Below are positions 30,909 through 39,887 of a DNA stretch of 64,000 nucleotides, piece by piece. The position numbers and the translations under genes were made by a program. Numbering within the stretch: position 1 is the first letter of the stretch; each line of letters starts with the position of its first letter. The notes under the pieces are model-generated. The model searched no databases. It was not told the origin of the DNA and saw only the letters and a list, made by a program, of their open reading frames with translations. The stretch is from Gammaproteobacteria bacterium (lineage in GTDB: Bacteria; Pseudomonadota; Gammaproteobacteria; GCA-001735895): positions 32,001 through 96,000 of the forward strand of contig JBNKUM010000100.1 in assembly GCA_050298595.1 (NCBI GenBank), given 5' to 3'.

Positions 30909-33200
30909 ATGGACCTGATAAAAAACATAAAAGCAATAATCCTGTTCACGCTCATAGGATTAACATTAATCGCATGTGGCAGCAGCGCAGTAGATGAGGG
31001 TGGTGCCAGAGAAACAAGCGTAAGCTTTGATTACCAACTATCTTCCATCTACAGTGGGCAAGATCTAACAACAAGAGCCAGGTTATCTAATAAAGGAGTA
31101 AAAATATATACAGGTGATCTATTAGCAAAAAACATAACCTTGGGTGAAGAAGAGATTCATCCCTGGTCGGCATATATTGATGAGGATAGCTTCGCCGTTA
31201 CGTCAAATAAAACAATTACACTAAAGCCAGGAAGCTATGAGTTTGTATTGACCCTTGCAAACGGTAATAACCAATATGTCAGTGAAACAGTGTATGAGAT
31301 AAAAGACTTTGATCAGGTTAATATTCCATTTAACCTGAAACCCGTACTAGGAGATCTTGTTACTGATGTAAACATAGTAGCTGAGATACCCTCATTTAAA
31401 TTTGTATATGATGTAGGTGAGATGAGTGGTTACGATAGTCCAAAGATAGGCATTAAAATAGATGATGATAGTGAGAAATACTTTAACATCAATCCAGCAA
31501 CTGGACTAAGTGACGCCTATGTAAATATCCCCGCTGGGGATCATAATATTGCGCTAAACTTTTATGATGGAAATATCTATCGGGGAAGATCTTCAAAATA
31601 TCCATCACCCTTAACTATCATCCCAAAAGAGTATATAAATATAGACCTCGTACCGCTTTACGGAGAAGCAACGCTGGGATTTGATGTTGATGGTTCCTCA
31701 CTAAACCTGCTGGTAAATATACCGAGTCAGATAGTAACTGAAGCCCTGTCGTTATCAAACCTTCAAACAATCATTAGATATACAGGAGTCAATGGAAGTG
31801 GAGAGAAAGAAATTTCTGTAGTAGCTTATGGAAATGATTATCAGGGCAGCGCAACACTGGGAGATGTTAAATATGGAGACTTCTCTTTTAGTTTAGAATT
31901 TCGAGATATCACTGATAACAACGAAGTAATAGGAAGCTGTGATATAGATACATTTATAGTAGATCAAAATAATAAAACAGTCTTCTGCGATGTAACACTA
32001 AAACAAAGAAGTAATATTACCGGTAACTTATTAGCTACAGTCGGTATTAATGTATACAATCAAAAAGGTGATTCAGTAGAAGGAGCAAAGGTTTATGCTG
32101 ATGATACTTATCTAGGGCTCACTGGGAGTGGGACTTTTGGGACTAAGGGGTATTTGAAACAGTACATCAAAAAAGGGAGTCATACACTTAGGGCTGAGTT
32201 TGATACCAGGATGGGGACAAAAGATGTAACTCTTTCTACTCTTTCTGTTGAGAACTATGATCTTATTTTAGATCAGGATATCCCTTCTAAATACATATCT
32301 GACATACCTGCTAATTGGTGGGAAGATACAGGTTCTGTTATGCCAGATAGCATTTATTACACAACCAGCCAGATAATAGGCGATTATGTTTATACTTTTG
32401 GTGGGGTTATCAATGGTGCTTATACCGATAAGATATTTAGAGCCCCGGTTAGTGATCCAATGAGCTGGAGTGATACTGGTTTTGTCATGCCGGTAACTAT
32501 CGGTCAATCAACCAGTCAAATAATTGGAGATTATATTTATACTTTTGGGGGTTATCATAATGGTTTACAATCCAATAAGATATTTAGAGCCCCAGTTAGT
32601 AATCCCACCTCCTGGAGTGATACAGGTGCTGTCATGCCGGAAAATAGTGCTCACTCAACCAGTCAAATAATTGGTAATTATGTTTATACTTTTGGTGGTC
32701 AAACTAGTGTTTTTACCAATAAAATTTTTAGAGCTCCTGTTAGTGATCCAACCTCCTGGTATGATACCAGTTTTGTCATGCCGGAAATTATTTATGATTC
32801 AACCAGTCAAATAATTGGTAATTATGTTTATACTTTTGGAGGTTATCGTGATGGTGGTTATACCGATAAGATATTTAGAGCCCCTGTTAGTGATCCAACC
32901 TCCTGGAGTGATACCGGTTCTGTCATGCCTGAACCTATTTATCGTTCAACCAGTCAGATAATTGGCGATTATGTTTATACTTTTGGGGGCTATATTAATG
33001 GAGGTTTTTCCAACAAGATATTTAGAGCACCAGCAAGTGATCCAAGCACCTGGAGTGATGCTGGATCGGTTATGCCAGTAGAAATATTTGGTTCAACCAG
33101 TCAGATAATTGGAAATTATGTTTATACTTTTGGGGGTTATAATAGCAGTGGTGGATACAATAAAATATTAAGAGCAAAAATAATTACAGATTCAGAATAA
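30909..33200 (+). CDS. Lipoprotein with beta-sandwich domains and C-terminal six-bladed Kelch-like propeller
   Basis: Lipobox LIAC; six 48-49-aa repeats W.DTG.VMP....STSQIIG.YVYTFGG.....KIFRAP; visibly AT-rich DNA. Confidence 0.85.
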   Translation: MDLIKNIKAIILFTLIGLTLIACGSSAVDEGGARETSVSFDYQLSSIYSGQDLTTRARLSNKGVKIYTGDLLAKNITLGEEEIHPWSAYIDEDSFAVTSNKTITLKPGSYEFVLTLANGNNQYVSETVYEIKDFDQVNIPFNLKPVLGDLVTDVNIVAEIPSFKFVYDVGEMSGYDSPKIGIKIDDDSEKYFNINPATGLSDAYVNIPAGDHNIALNFYDGNIYRGRSSKYPSPLTIIPKEYINIDLVPLYGEATLGFDVDGSSLNLLVNIPSQIVTEALSLSNLQTIIRYTGVNGSGEKEISVVAYGNDYQGSATLGDVKYGDFSFSLEFRDITDNNEVIGSCDIDTFIVDQNNKTVFCDVTLKQRSNITGNLLATVGINVYNQKGDSVEGAKVYADDTYLGLTGSGTFGTKGYLKQYIKKGSHTLRAEFDTRMGTKDVTLSTLSVENYDLILDQDIPSKYISDIPANWWEDTGSVMPDSIYYTTSQIIGDYVYTFGGVINGAYTDKIFRAPVSDPMSWSDTGFVMPVTIGQSTSQIIGDYIYTFGGYHNGLQSNKIFRAPVSNPTSWSDTGAVMPENSAHSTSQIIGNYVYTFGGQTSVFTNKIFRAPVSDPTSWYDTSFVMPEIIYDSTSQIIGNYVYTFGGYRDGGYTDKIFRAPVSDPTSWSDTGSVMPEPIYRSTSQIIGDYVYTFGGYINGGFSNKIFRAPASDPSTWSDAGSVMPVEIFGSTSQIIGNYVYTFGGYNSSGGYNKILRAKIITDSE
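32316..33183 (+). repeat. Six tandem ~147-bp coding repeats (Kelch-like blades)
   Basis: Recurring 'caaccagtcaaataattgg..attatgtttatacttttgg' and 'aagatatttagagccc'. Confidence 0.9.
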
Positions 33201-33234
33201 ATTAGCTGGCCATCAAAAGACCTGTTCTTAAAAT

Positions 33235-33272
33235 AAAGGGAGCGTTAGCAATTACTAACGTCCCCTTTTTTA
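33235..33272 (+). terminator. Rho-independent terminator
   Basis: aaagggagcgttag-caatta-ctaacgtcccc followed by a T-run. Confidence 0.7.
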
Positions 33273-33401
33273 TATTATTTAAATTAGCTATACGGGAACA
33301 GATCGCTGAAGCAAAACAGAGAAAAAATAAACGATACTTTTTTTCAAAATCAGAATTTGTATTTAATAACCTTTCTTTTTAAGCAACCCGTAACCCGGAA
33401 T

Positions 33402-33715
33402 CGTAGGTTTGAAAAAGAGGAACGACGCCTTCCAGCATAGGCCAGCCTTTGTATTTGCCAGGGTGCTTGTATTGTTTATGTCGGATGGCGCTTTGCTCGG
33501 CTCTGGCTTCCTGCTTCGCTCTACCTCCTGCATCCTTGCAGTCGTCGGCAATTGCGTCCTGCGTTACTCTACCACTTACATCCGTGTAGGCGTCGGCTCT
33601 GGCTTCCTGCTTCACCCTGGCACCTACGTCCATGTGGGCGTTCTGCATTGTTCTACCTTCGACCATTCCATAGTCTCGTACCTCGGGCATCCTTGCCCGG
33701 ATTATCCGACCTACG
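33402..33715. repeat. REP doublet (two inverted GTAG-headed palindromes); the right REP is expanded by tandem 48-bp modules
   Basis: Left: cgtaggtttgaa...ttccagca. Right: tgtcggatggcgctttgct[33498-33701 insert]ttatccgacctacg, i.e. the classic GTAGGTCGGATAAGCGAAGCGCCATCCGACA REP split by an insert. Confidence 0.75.
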
Positions 33716-33773
33716 ACTGCCTGTCCGTGATTATCTAAAAGAGGTTATTGAGCATAAAAATTAACACCCAGGC

Positions 33774-33977
33774 CTATGAATGACGACGATCACTGAATTC
33801 TCTTAACCGGCGGTTGATACATTTAACACGCCGAGATAGCTCTGAATAATTTGGTTCTGACCATGATCGTCTATCGCAAATCCGTCGGTCCTGACGGCCT
33901 TTTCGGTTATCAATAGAAAGTGGGAAGGCTGGCTTAAATTTCGATATTCTGCTTCTAAAAAAAGGTTTAAATCGCAT
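33774..33977 (-). CDS. Small Arg-rich hypothetical protein with repeated DRR/NRR motifs
   Basis: 67 aa; G-rich RBS upstream; RQDRR, CDRR, INRR and SDRR motifs. Confidence 0.4.
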   Translation of the reverse strand: MRFKPFFRSRISKFKPAFPLSIDNRKGRQDRRICDRRSWSEPNYSELSRRVKCINRRLREFSDRRHS

Positions 33978-34007
33978 TTTTCTGATCCCCCCTTGTTTGG
34001 CTGAATA

Positions 34008-34186
34008 TGGTGGTCTAATTGTACTTGGTACTTTAATAATAGCTGATATTTATCAATTATAAAGGTGTCATAATGAGTTAGAAGCGAACCTGCAAATAAT
34101 ATTCTAAAGAATATAAAGAAGAAGCGGCCGCAATGGTTTTAGAACAGGGTTATACCGTATCAGAATCGGCTAAATCACTGGGTGTA
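34008..34186 (+). pseudogene. IS3-family left end and orfA remnant
   Basis: Translation from 34073: MS*KRTCK*YSKEYKEEAAAMVLEQGYTVSESAKSLGV (HTH, two stops); preceded by IR-like tggtggtctaattgtacttgg. Confidence 0.7.
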
Positions 34187-34306
34187 TGCAAAAGGGGTCT
34201 GAGGTAAATAAAGGTAAATGGGTTGTAGGTACATGAGGGTTTTTCTCAACTTAAGGGTGTCGTGTTTAACCCGGAAAAGGAGATGTAAATAGGAAAACGG
34301 ATTTTT

Positions 34307-34393
34307 GATTCCAGAAAAACAAGGATGTACTTACCGGGTATACCAGGTCATGTTGTTCAGCGAGGTAATGATCGAAACCCTTGCTTCTTCGAA
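34307..34393 (+). pseudogene. REP-associated tyrosine transposase (RAYT/Y1) N-terminal remnant
   Basis: RKTRMYLPGIPGHVVQRGNDRNPCFF matches the RAYT start MPRxPR..LPG.P.H..QRGNNR..CF; the sequence then diverges. Confidence 0.75.
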
Positions 34394-34504
34394 TATGTGG
34401 CGCTTGTTTTAGATAACCGAGAGCACTTATGTCTTATCCGGATTGACCGCAATGATAGTCATGGTCTCTTCTGTGGCTTCTTCTCGTTGTATAGATATCT
34501 CGTA

Positions 34505-35165
34505 CTAAATACCCTCCGCCTGCAGGGTATCTTTTAGTGAACGAATAATCCCTGCTGCATTCTTATAGGATGAACCCTTGGGCCGGGTGAGGAAAACGAC
34601 ATCATCCTGGGTAACCTGGATGTTTTGACTTCTATTTTTGGATTTCAGGAGCTTTTTTAATATGCTTCCAGCTGTTGATGCGCTTAGACGCATCTTTTTC
34701 CAGAGCCCTTTCGATGAATAAGGCCATATCCTGATCGATATCATTGCGATAACTGTGAATATCAGTCGACCGCTGGTTAACATGCATATTAAGAATCTTG
34801 TCGAGCGATTGAGCTGTGAAAGGGGGACTCCCGGTAAGCATATGAAATGCCATAATACCCATCGCGTAAATATCAGCACGACCATCGACTGGTAACGACT
34901 GGATGATTTCCGGAGCGAGATAATGCGGTGATCCCTCGATATTTTCATTCTTGTCATCTGGCGGTTTGGCGAGTCCGAAATCGGTGATTTTCACATGATT
35001 GAATTGATTGATAATAATGTTTGAAGGTTTTACATCCCTGTGCACGATGCCTTCGTTATGTGCATATTCCAGGGCTGCAGCAACCTGAGTTAAAATGCGT
35101 CGGGTCTGTGCCAGGCTTAACCGGTGTTTCTGTTTTAACACTGCAGACAAATCCATTCCGGTTAG
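34505..35165 (-). pseudogene. Hanks-type Ser/Thr kinase fragment lacking the N-lobe, probable 3' frameshift
   Basis: HRDVKPSN, DFG, APE and DIYAMG present; no GxGxxG/VAIK upstream in frame. The tail may continue in another frame after a T-run near 34655. Confidence 0.75.
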
Positions 35166-35294
35166 TCCTATCGATTACAGGCCTCTAGAAGGGAATTCAA
35201 GATATAGTGCAGTATTTAAAGTCTATATTGGTATAGGAGGGTTGTAGCCGTAGTTTCATGATCTGAGGGCCAGCCATTAGGCAAATTTTCAAGC

Positions 35295-35366
35295 ATCAAA
35301 AAGTGGATGTCCCAAAAACATCAAAAAGTGGATGTCCCAAAAAGATTGGATGTCCCAAAAAGATTG
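35295..35366. repeat. Short tandem duplications around tggatgtcccaaaaa (three copies)
   Basis: catcaaaaagtggatgtcccaaaaa x2, then gattggatgtcccaaaaagattgg. Confidence 0.8.
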
Positions 35367-35525
35367 GCAAAGGACAAATTTATATTTTCGAAGAAATAAG
35401 TAATTCCGAAAGGATTTATATATGACCCCCTTACAAAGCCTGGGTTTTTCAGTAATTTCCTTTCCAATAGTTGGGCCCTATCTTCTCATGTCTGCCATAA
35501 TCCGCCTTACCAACCGAATACTGCC

Positions 35526-36578
35526 TTAGCCCAACCTTTCCGAAAGCTGAACCAGATGTTGCGGGTTCACCGTAAGCTGTAGACGTTGGCCTACCCGAAG
35601 TTCGGGCTCATCATGTCGACGATGCAGTTGTAAAGACCTGCCGTCTCGCAACCGGCAGGTGACCTGTCGATAGGGGCCAAGAAGACAGCTGCGCGTCACA
35701 ATCGCCGACAAACCTCCCTTTTCGACCCGGCGCAGATGGCAGGGCTCAATAGCTAACCACAGCCGACCGGCAGGTCTGGGCTCAGTTACAGGCGTAGGAC
35801 TCGGCAAGCAGCCCCAGGAACCGCTCACACAGACCCCGTTGAAATCGTCCACTGGCAACAAATTCTGCCATCCCAGGACACGAGCAACCTCCAGATCACG
35901 AGGATCGGCGAAGACCTCATCTGCTCTACCGAAGCGCCGCAACTGTCCCGCCACCAACACCCCGATGCGGTCAGCCAGCTCGCGGGCATCCTCAAGGTCG
36001 TGGCTAACCAGCAGCAATGGCCGCGGCTTGTCTGCGACCACCTCTCGAAACAACTGGCGCAGATGCTGACGCAGCTCGGCATCGACAGCGGAGAATGGCT
36101 CGTCCAGAAGCAGCACTTCGGGCTCAGCTGCCAGAGCACGCGCCAATGCCACTCGTTGCCGTTGACCTCCAGAGATGAGGCTCGGCGAGGCCTGGGCGAT
36201 CTCACTCAGGCGCAGACGTTCGAGCCAGCTCGCCACACAATTGTGCCGGCTTGTACGCGAAAGCCTGGGCATAGCAAAGGCAATATTACGCGCCACACTC
36301 ATATGAGGAAACAGAGCGTAGTGCTGGAAAACTAATCCCGCTCGTCGTCGCCGGGCCGACAGGTTGACCTTTTGGTGACTATCGAACCAGATCTGCTTCC
36401 CCAGAGCTATGCGACCAGTATGAGGGCGCTCTAACCCTGCCAGCGTTCGCAACAAAGTACTCTTGCCTCCACCGGATGGACCGAGCAGGACGGTTGTAAC
36501 ACCACGTTCCAGTGCGAGTTCAATCTGCAACTCGAAATCTGGTCGTTGCAGGCTGAGGTCGAAGGACAGAGAGCCCAT
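35526..36578 (-). CDS. modC: Molybdate ABC transporter ATP-binding protein
   Basis: GPSGGGKS, ISGGQRQR, LLLDEPF and a TOBE-like tail. Confidence 0.85.
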   Translation of the reverse strand: MGSLSFDLSLQRPDFELQIELALERGVTTVLLGPSGGGKSTLLRTLAGLERPHTGRIALGKQIWFDSHQKVNLSARRRRAGLVFQHYALFPHMSVARNIAFAMPRLSRTSRHNCVASWLERLRLSEIAQASPSLISGGQRQRVALARALAAEPEVLLLDEPFSAVDAELRQHLRQLFREVVADKPRPLLLVSHDLEDARELADRIGVLVAGQLRRFGRADEVFADPRDLEVARVLGWQNLLPVDDFNGVCVSGSWGCLPSPTPVTEPRPAGRLWLAIEPCHLRRVEKGGLSAIVTRSCLLGPYRQVTCRLRDGRSLQLHRRHDEPELRVGQRLQLTVNPQHLVQLSERLG

Positions 36579-36581
36579 AAC

Positions 36582-37268
36582 TCAGGCCCTCTGCAGCGAT
36601 TGCCGGTTACCGGCGTGCAATAGCATGAAGAGCGCTAGCGACCCGGCTCCGAGCATCAGGGACAGCCGGGTGGCGCAGTCGAAATCCCCGTCCAGTACAC
36701 TGTTGTAGATCGCCAGGGAGAGAGTATCGGTACGTCCAGCGATGTTGCCTCCTAGCATGAGTGTAATACCCACTTCCCCCAGTGCGCGTCCGATGGCCAG
36801 GGCTAATCCGGCGATAATGGCCGAGCGCACGTTAGGCACGATGATGAGAAAGAAGGTTGCCAGGGGACCTCGACCCAGCACTGTGGCAGCCTCGGCAAGC
36901 TCGTTTGCGGAATTCTCGATCGCCGCCTGCACCGGCTTGACGATGAGGGGCAGGCCTGCGATGAAGGCGGCCAGGAAGACTCCCAGAGGGGAGAAAATGA
37001 TATCAACTGAAAATCGATCATAGAGCAGACCACCCAGCACCCCGCGACGCCCCAGTAGCAGCAGTAGAAAGAAGCCAATGGCTATAGGCGGAAATACGAG
37101 CGGTAGAGAGATAAGCCCTTCCCAAAGCAGGCGCAAAGGCAGGCGTTTCCAGCTCAAGCACCAGGCGAGCCCAACCCCCGCAATCAGATAGCAGAGCAGC
37201 ATAATCACCACCACCTTCAGGCTCAGCGCCAGCGGCATCAGGGAGCAACCAAAACCGGCTTCACTCAC
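36582..37268 (-). CDS. modB: Molybdate ABC transporter permease
   Basis: LPLVFPP.AIG, EAA..LG loop and RALGEVG.T.M.GGNI.G.T motifs. Confidence 0.9.
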   Translation of the reverse strand: MSEAGFGCSLMPLALSLKVVVIMLLCYLIAGVGLAWCLSWKRLPLRLLWEGLISLPLVFPPIAIGFFLLLLLGRRGVLGGLLYDRFSVDIIFSPLGVFLAAFIAGLPLIVKPVQAAIENSANELAEAATVLGRGPLATFFLIIVPNVRSAIIAGLALAIGRALGEVGITLMLGGNIAGRTDTLSLAIYNSVLDGDFDCATRLSLMLGAGSLALFMLLHAGNRQSLQRA

Positions 37269-37975
37269 AAACCGGCATCCTTGAGTATCTGTTGAGCGGT
37301 TGGTGCCTGGAGAAAATCGAGCAGGCTTAGCACCAGGGCATCTTCTCCGTACCCCGCCACCACAGCGGCAACGATCTCGATTGGTTCGTAGGATCCTTCG
37401 GGAAGTTCAATATAGCCTCCGATACGCTCACCCAGTGCCAACGCATCAGTCAGATTGATGAAACCGGCATCCACTGAATGGGCTACCAGGTAGGAGGAGA
37501 CTTGAGGCACTGTCCCTGTCACCAGTAATCGATCTTTTAGCTTCTCTTTTAAGCCATTCTGCATAAGAAAGGCTTCAGCGGCCCGACCATAGATTGCCTT
37601 CTTTGGGTCTGGCATGGCAACCCGCTCAACTAACCCATCCGCCAGGGCGATCCAGGGGGCAGCCGGCACTTTATCCGCCCAGGCCAGCACTGGTCTGCCC
37701 TGTCCCAACACGACAAAGTGTTCGTATTGCCCCGTTGCTTGCAGAATACGACGATCTCCCACTGCCAAGGCAACCTGTCCACTGCTCTCGGTTTGAGAGA
37801 TGACCGTACGCATATTGCCGAAGATCGGCATCACTTCTACGCCCGTCTGTTTAGTAAAGGATCGATAGAGCCTGATAAGAGGCTTTTTGTAACCAGCCCC
37901 GGCGGCGACAGTAAGTGTTTCCATGGCCAGACTCTGGCCGTTGATAAACACAAGTAATAACAACAGATAACGCAC
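37265..37975 (-). CDS. modA: Molybdate ABC transporter substrate-binding protein
   Basis: Signal peptide; AAGAGY, P..AIYGRAA and VPQV motifs; GTG start with aaggag RBS. Confidence 0.85.
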   Translation of the reverse strand: MRYLLLLLVFINGQSLAMETLTVAAGAGYKKPLIRLYRSFTKQTGVEVMPIFGNMRTVISQTESSGQVALAVGDRRILQATGQYEHFVVLGQGRPVLAWADKVPAAPWIALADGLVERVAMPDPKKAIYGRAAEAFLMQNGLKEKLKDRLLVTGTVPQVSSYLVAHSVDAGFINLTDALALGERIGGYIELPEGSYEPIEIVAAVVAGYGEDALVLSLLDFLQAPTAQQILKDAGL

Positions 37976-38016
37976 AACACTACTCCTTTTTTATAAATTG
38001 AACCAATGACTTACCT

Positions 38017-38047
38017 ATGCGTTATGCAAATAATTTGCATAACGCAT
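38017..38047. promoter_or_regulatory. Perfect 31-bp palindrome upstream of modA (ModE-box-like)
   Basis: atgcgttatgcaaat-a-atttgcataacgcat; CGTTAT...ATAACG ends resemble ModE operators. Confidence 0.6.
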
Positions 38048-38074
38048 GGCGAATAAGTTACTCCAATCAACGAT

Positions 38075-38092
38075 AAGCAACTCTCATACCAA
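38075..38092 (-). promoter_or_regulatory. Putative sigma54 -24/-12 promoter of modABC
   Basis: Minus strand TTGGTATGAGAGTTGCTT has GG-N10-GC spacing. Confidence 0.55.
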
Positions 38093-38186
38093 TTGATAAG
38101 CAATGCATTTAGCCAGTGTTTTTAGCGACTTTATGTTTGATGCCCAAACAAACTGAATGACTTTCTACAAGTATTCAGTGGTTATT

Positions 38187-38202
38187 TGTTGCATATGCGA
38201 CA
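38187..38202. promoter_or_regulatory. Putative enhancer (TGT-N10-ACA)
   Basis: TGTTGCATATGCGACA, a near-palindrome about 100 bp upstream of the sigma54-like site. Confidence 0.45.
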
Positions 38203-38486
38203 GAGTTTATGAGTGTGTATTCCGGGGGAAGGATGAACCTTAGTTGATTATCAGGTTGGTAAAAAAACTTTTTCGTCTAACGAGAGCATATATCAAAAAT
38301 GTCAGATACAAATTAAGTTTTAATGCGTATCAGCCCCCCCCCAGTAATAAGCCAGTAATAAGCCAGTAAAATTTTGCTACTGGATTCCTTATACTATTTG
38401 GATGAGAATAAGGAATCTGGACTCTATGCAGTTTCGGCTACAACAGAAAGGCAAAAGAAATATTTTTCGGAGCAATAAGAAAGTAA

Positions 38487-39887
38487 GTGGAAATCTCCCT
38501 CAGTACCGTTCAGGAGTTGGCGCCTGACCAGGCTTCATTGAACGCGGCAAAAAAACTACTCAGTCCTGCTAAGTGGCCATTGCGGGGGCAGTCAGCAGCA
38601 GTCAATACTATCTGGGGCGAATGCCAGGGTTCTGGGGCTAACCCCTATTACACTATGGCCGATGTGGTTGATCATGGTTATAAGTGCACATGCCCCTCTC
38701 GTAAATTTCCCTGTAAGCATGTGCTTGCCCTGTTGTGGCAGTTTTCTGAAGGTGCGTCAGGCTTTGCGGAAGGAGAGCCGCCGGAATATGTGCATAACTG
38801 GTTGGGTCGACGGCGTAAAACAACAAAAAATTCGACAGATACCGTGGATGTTGAAAAGCCTGTTGTCAAAAAGGATATATCTCTTGCTCAAGAGCCTACA
38901 AAACCTCAATTAACTACTGAAGAAGCAGAAAAAAAGGAAGCTGCGAAGGCAAAACGAGCTGAGCAGAATAAAGCAAAAACAGATGCCAGCATTGCTGACG
39001 GGTTAACTGATTTCCAGCAATGGGTAAATGATCAACTCACTACAGGCATTACTACTTTTATTAAAGAAATAAATAGCCGTTGCCGACAGATCGCTGCTCG
39101 ATTAGTTGATGCCAAAGCCAGCAATTTCGCTTCGCGTATTGATGAATTTCCATCGAGGGTTCTAGCCCTTGATTCCGAACAACAACCAGAGGCAGTGTTT
39201 AAAGAATTAGGTCAACTGGTGTTGTTATCTGAAGCATGGTTTACCAATCCAGATGATGTCGATGTTCGCCGTGCAGTTGCTACAAGCGAAAGTCGGGAAC
39301 TACTTTTTAATAATCCAGATACTCTACGTATATCAGCTATCTGGGAAACAGTGGGTGAAAAGATAGAAACCCGCAAGGATGGCCTGATTGCGCACTCTCG
39401 GTGGTTACTACAGGTGGATGATAAAGCGCGCCTTGCCCAGCTGTCAGATTTTTACCCTGCATCATCAGGCAAAAGAGAAGTCGGATTTAGTATCGGCAAC
39501 CAGTTACAGGGTGAACTCGTCTTCTACCCAGGTCGATTTCCAATGCGAGCTGTTATCTCTCAGCATCAGGTTATTGCAGCAGAAAATCGCAAGGAGTGGG
39601 ATAAGCCAGGTAGTAACATCTGGCAAAGTTATGCTCACCAGTTAAGTCTATTGCCCTGGTCAGAATACTGTCCCTGTCTGCTGGGTGGCGGTCGGATATA
39701 TCAGAATAGCAAAAAGGGTTTCTGGTGGCGTAGTGATGATTTGAAACAGAATATTCCACTCACCAATCAAAGCTTTAATCCATTATTACTCGGTAGTGAT
39801 TTAAAAACGGCATTTGTCCTGGTTGATGGTGAGCGTGCAGAATTACTAAGTGCACAAACAATGAGCTGGGGGAGTATAGCATGCTAA
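38487..39887 (+). CDS. SWIM zinc-finger protein
   Basis: LAPDQAS...WGECQGSG..PY...CTCPSRKFPCKH (CxCx5CxH SWIM motif). Confidence 0.88.
   Translation: MEISLSTVQELAPDQASLNAAKKLLSPAKWPLRGQSAAVNTIWGECQGSGANPYYTMADVVDHGYKCTCPSRKFPCKHVLALLWQFSEGASGFAEGEPPEYVHNWLGRRRKTTKNSTDTVDVEKPVVKKDISLAQEPTKPQLTTEEAEKKEAAKAKRAEQNKAKTDASIADGLTDFQQWVNDQLTTGITTFIKEINSRCRQIAARLVDAKASNFASRIDEFPSRVLALDSEQQPEAVFKELGQLVLLSEAWFTNPDDVDVRRAVATSESRELLFNNPDTLRISAIWETVGEKIETRKDGLIAHSRWLLQVDDKARLAQLSDFYPASSGKREVGFSIGNQLQGELVFYPGRFPMRAVISQHQVIAAENRKEWDKPGSNIWQSYAHQLSLLPWSEYCPCLLGGGRIYQNSKKGFWWRSDDLKQNIPLTNQSFNPLLLGSDLKTAFVLVDGERAELLSAQTMSWGSIAC

Noticed and set aside
32316-33183. Diversity-generating retroelement target
   Set aside because: No reverse transcriptase or separate template repeat in the window; variation includes an indel and non-adenine changes.
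33498-33701. CRISPR array
   Set aside because: Units abut with no repeat-spacer alternation, no invariant repeat and no cas genes. Treated as nested modules instead.
33363-33764. ORFs such as MPTTARMQEVERSRKPEP and MPEVRDYG
   Set aside because: Translations of the repeat modules; no independent coding evidence.
38098-38116. Second sigma54 promoter (TGGCTAAATGCATTGC, minus strand)
   Set aside because: GG-to-GC spacing is 11 nt, not the required 10.
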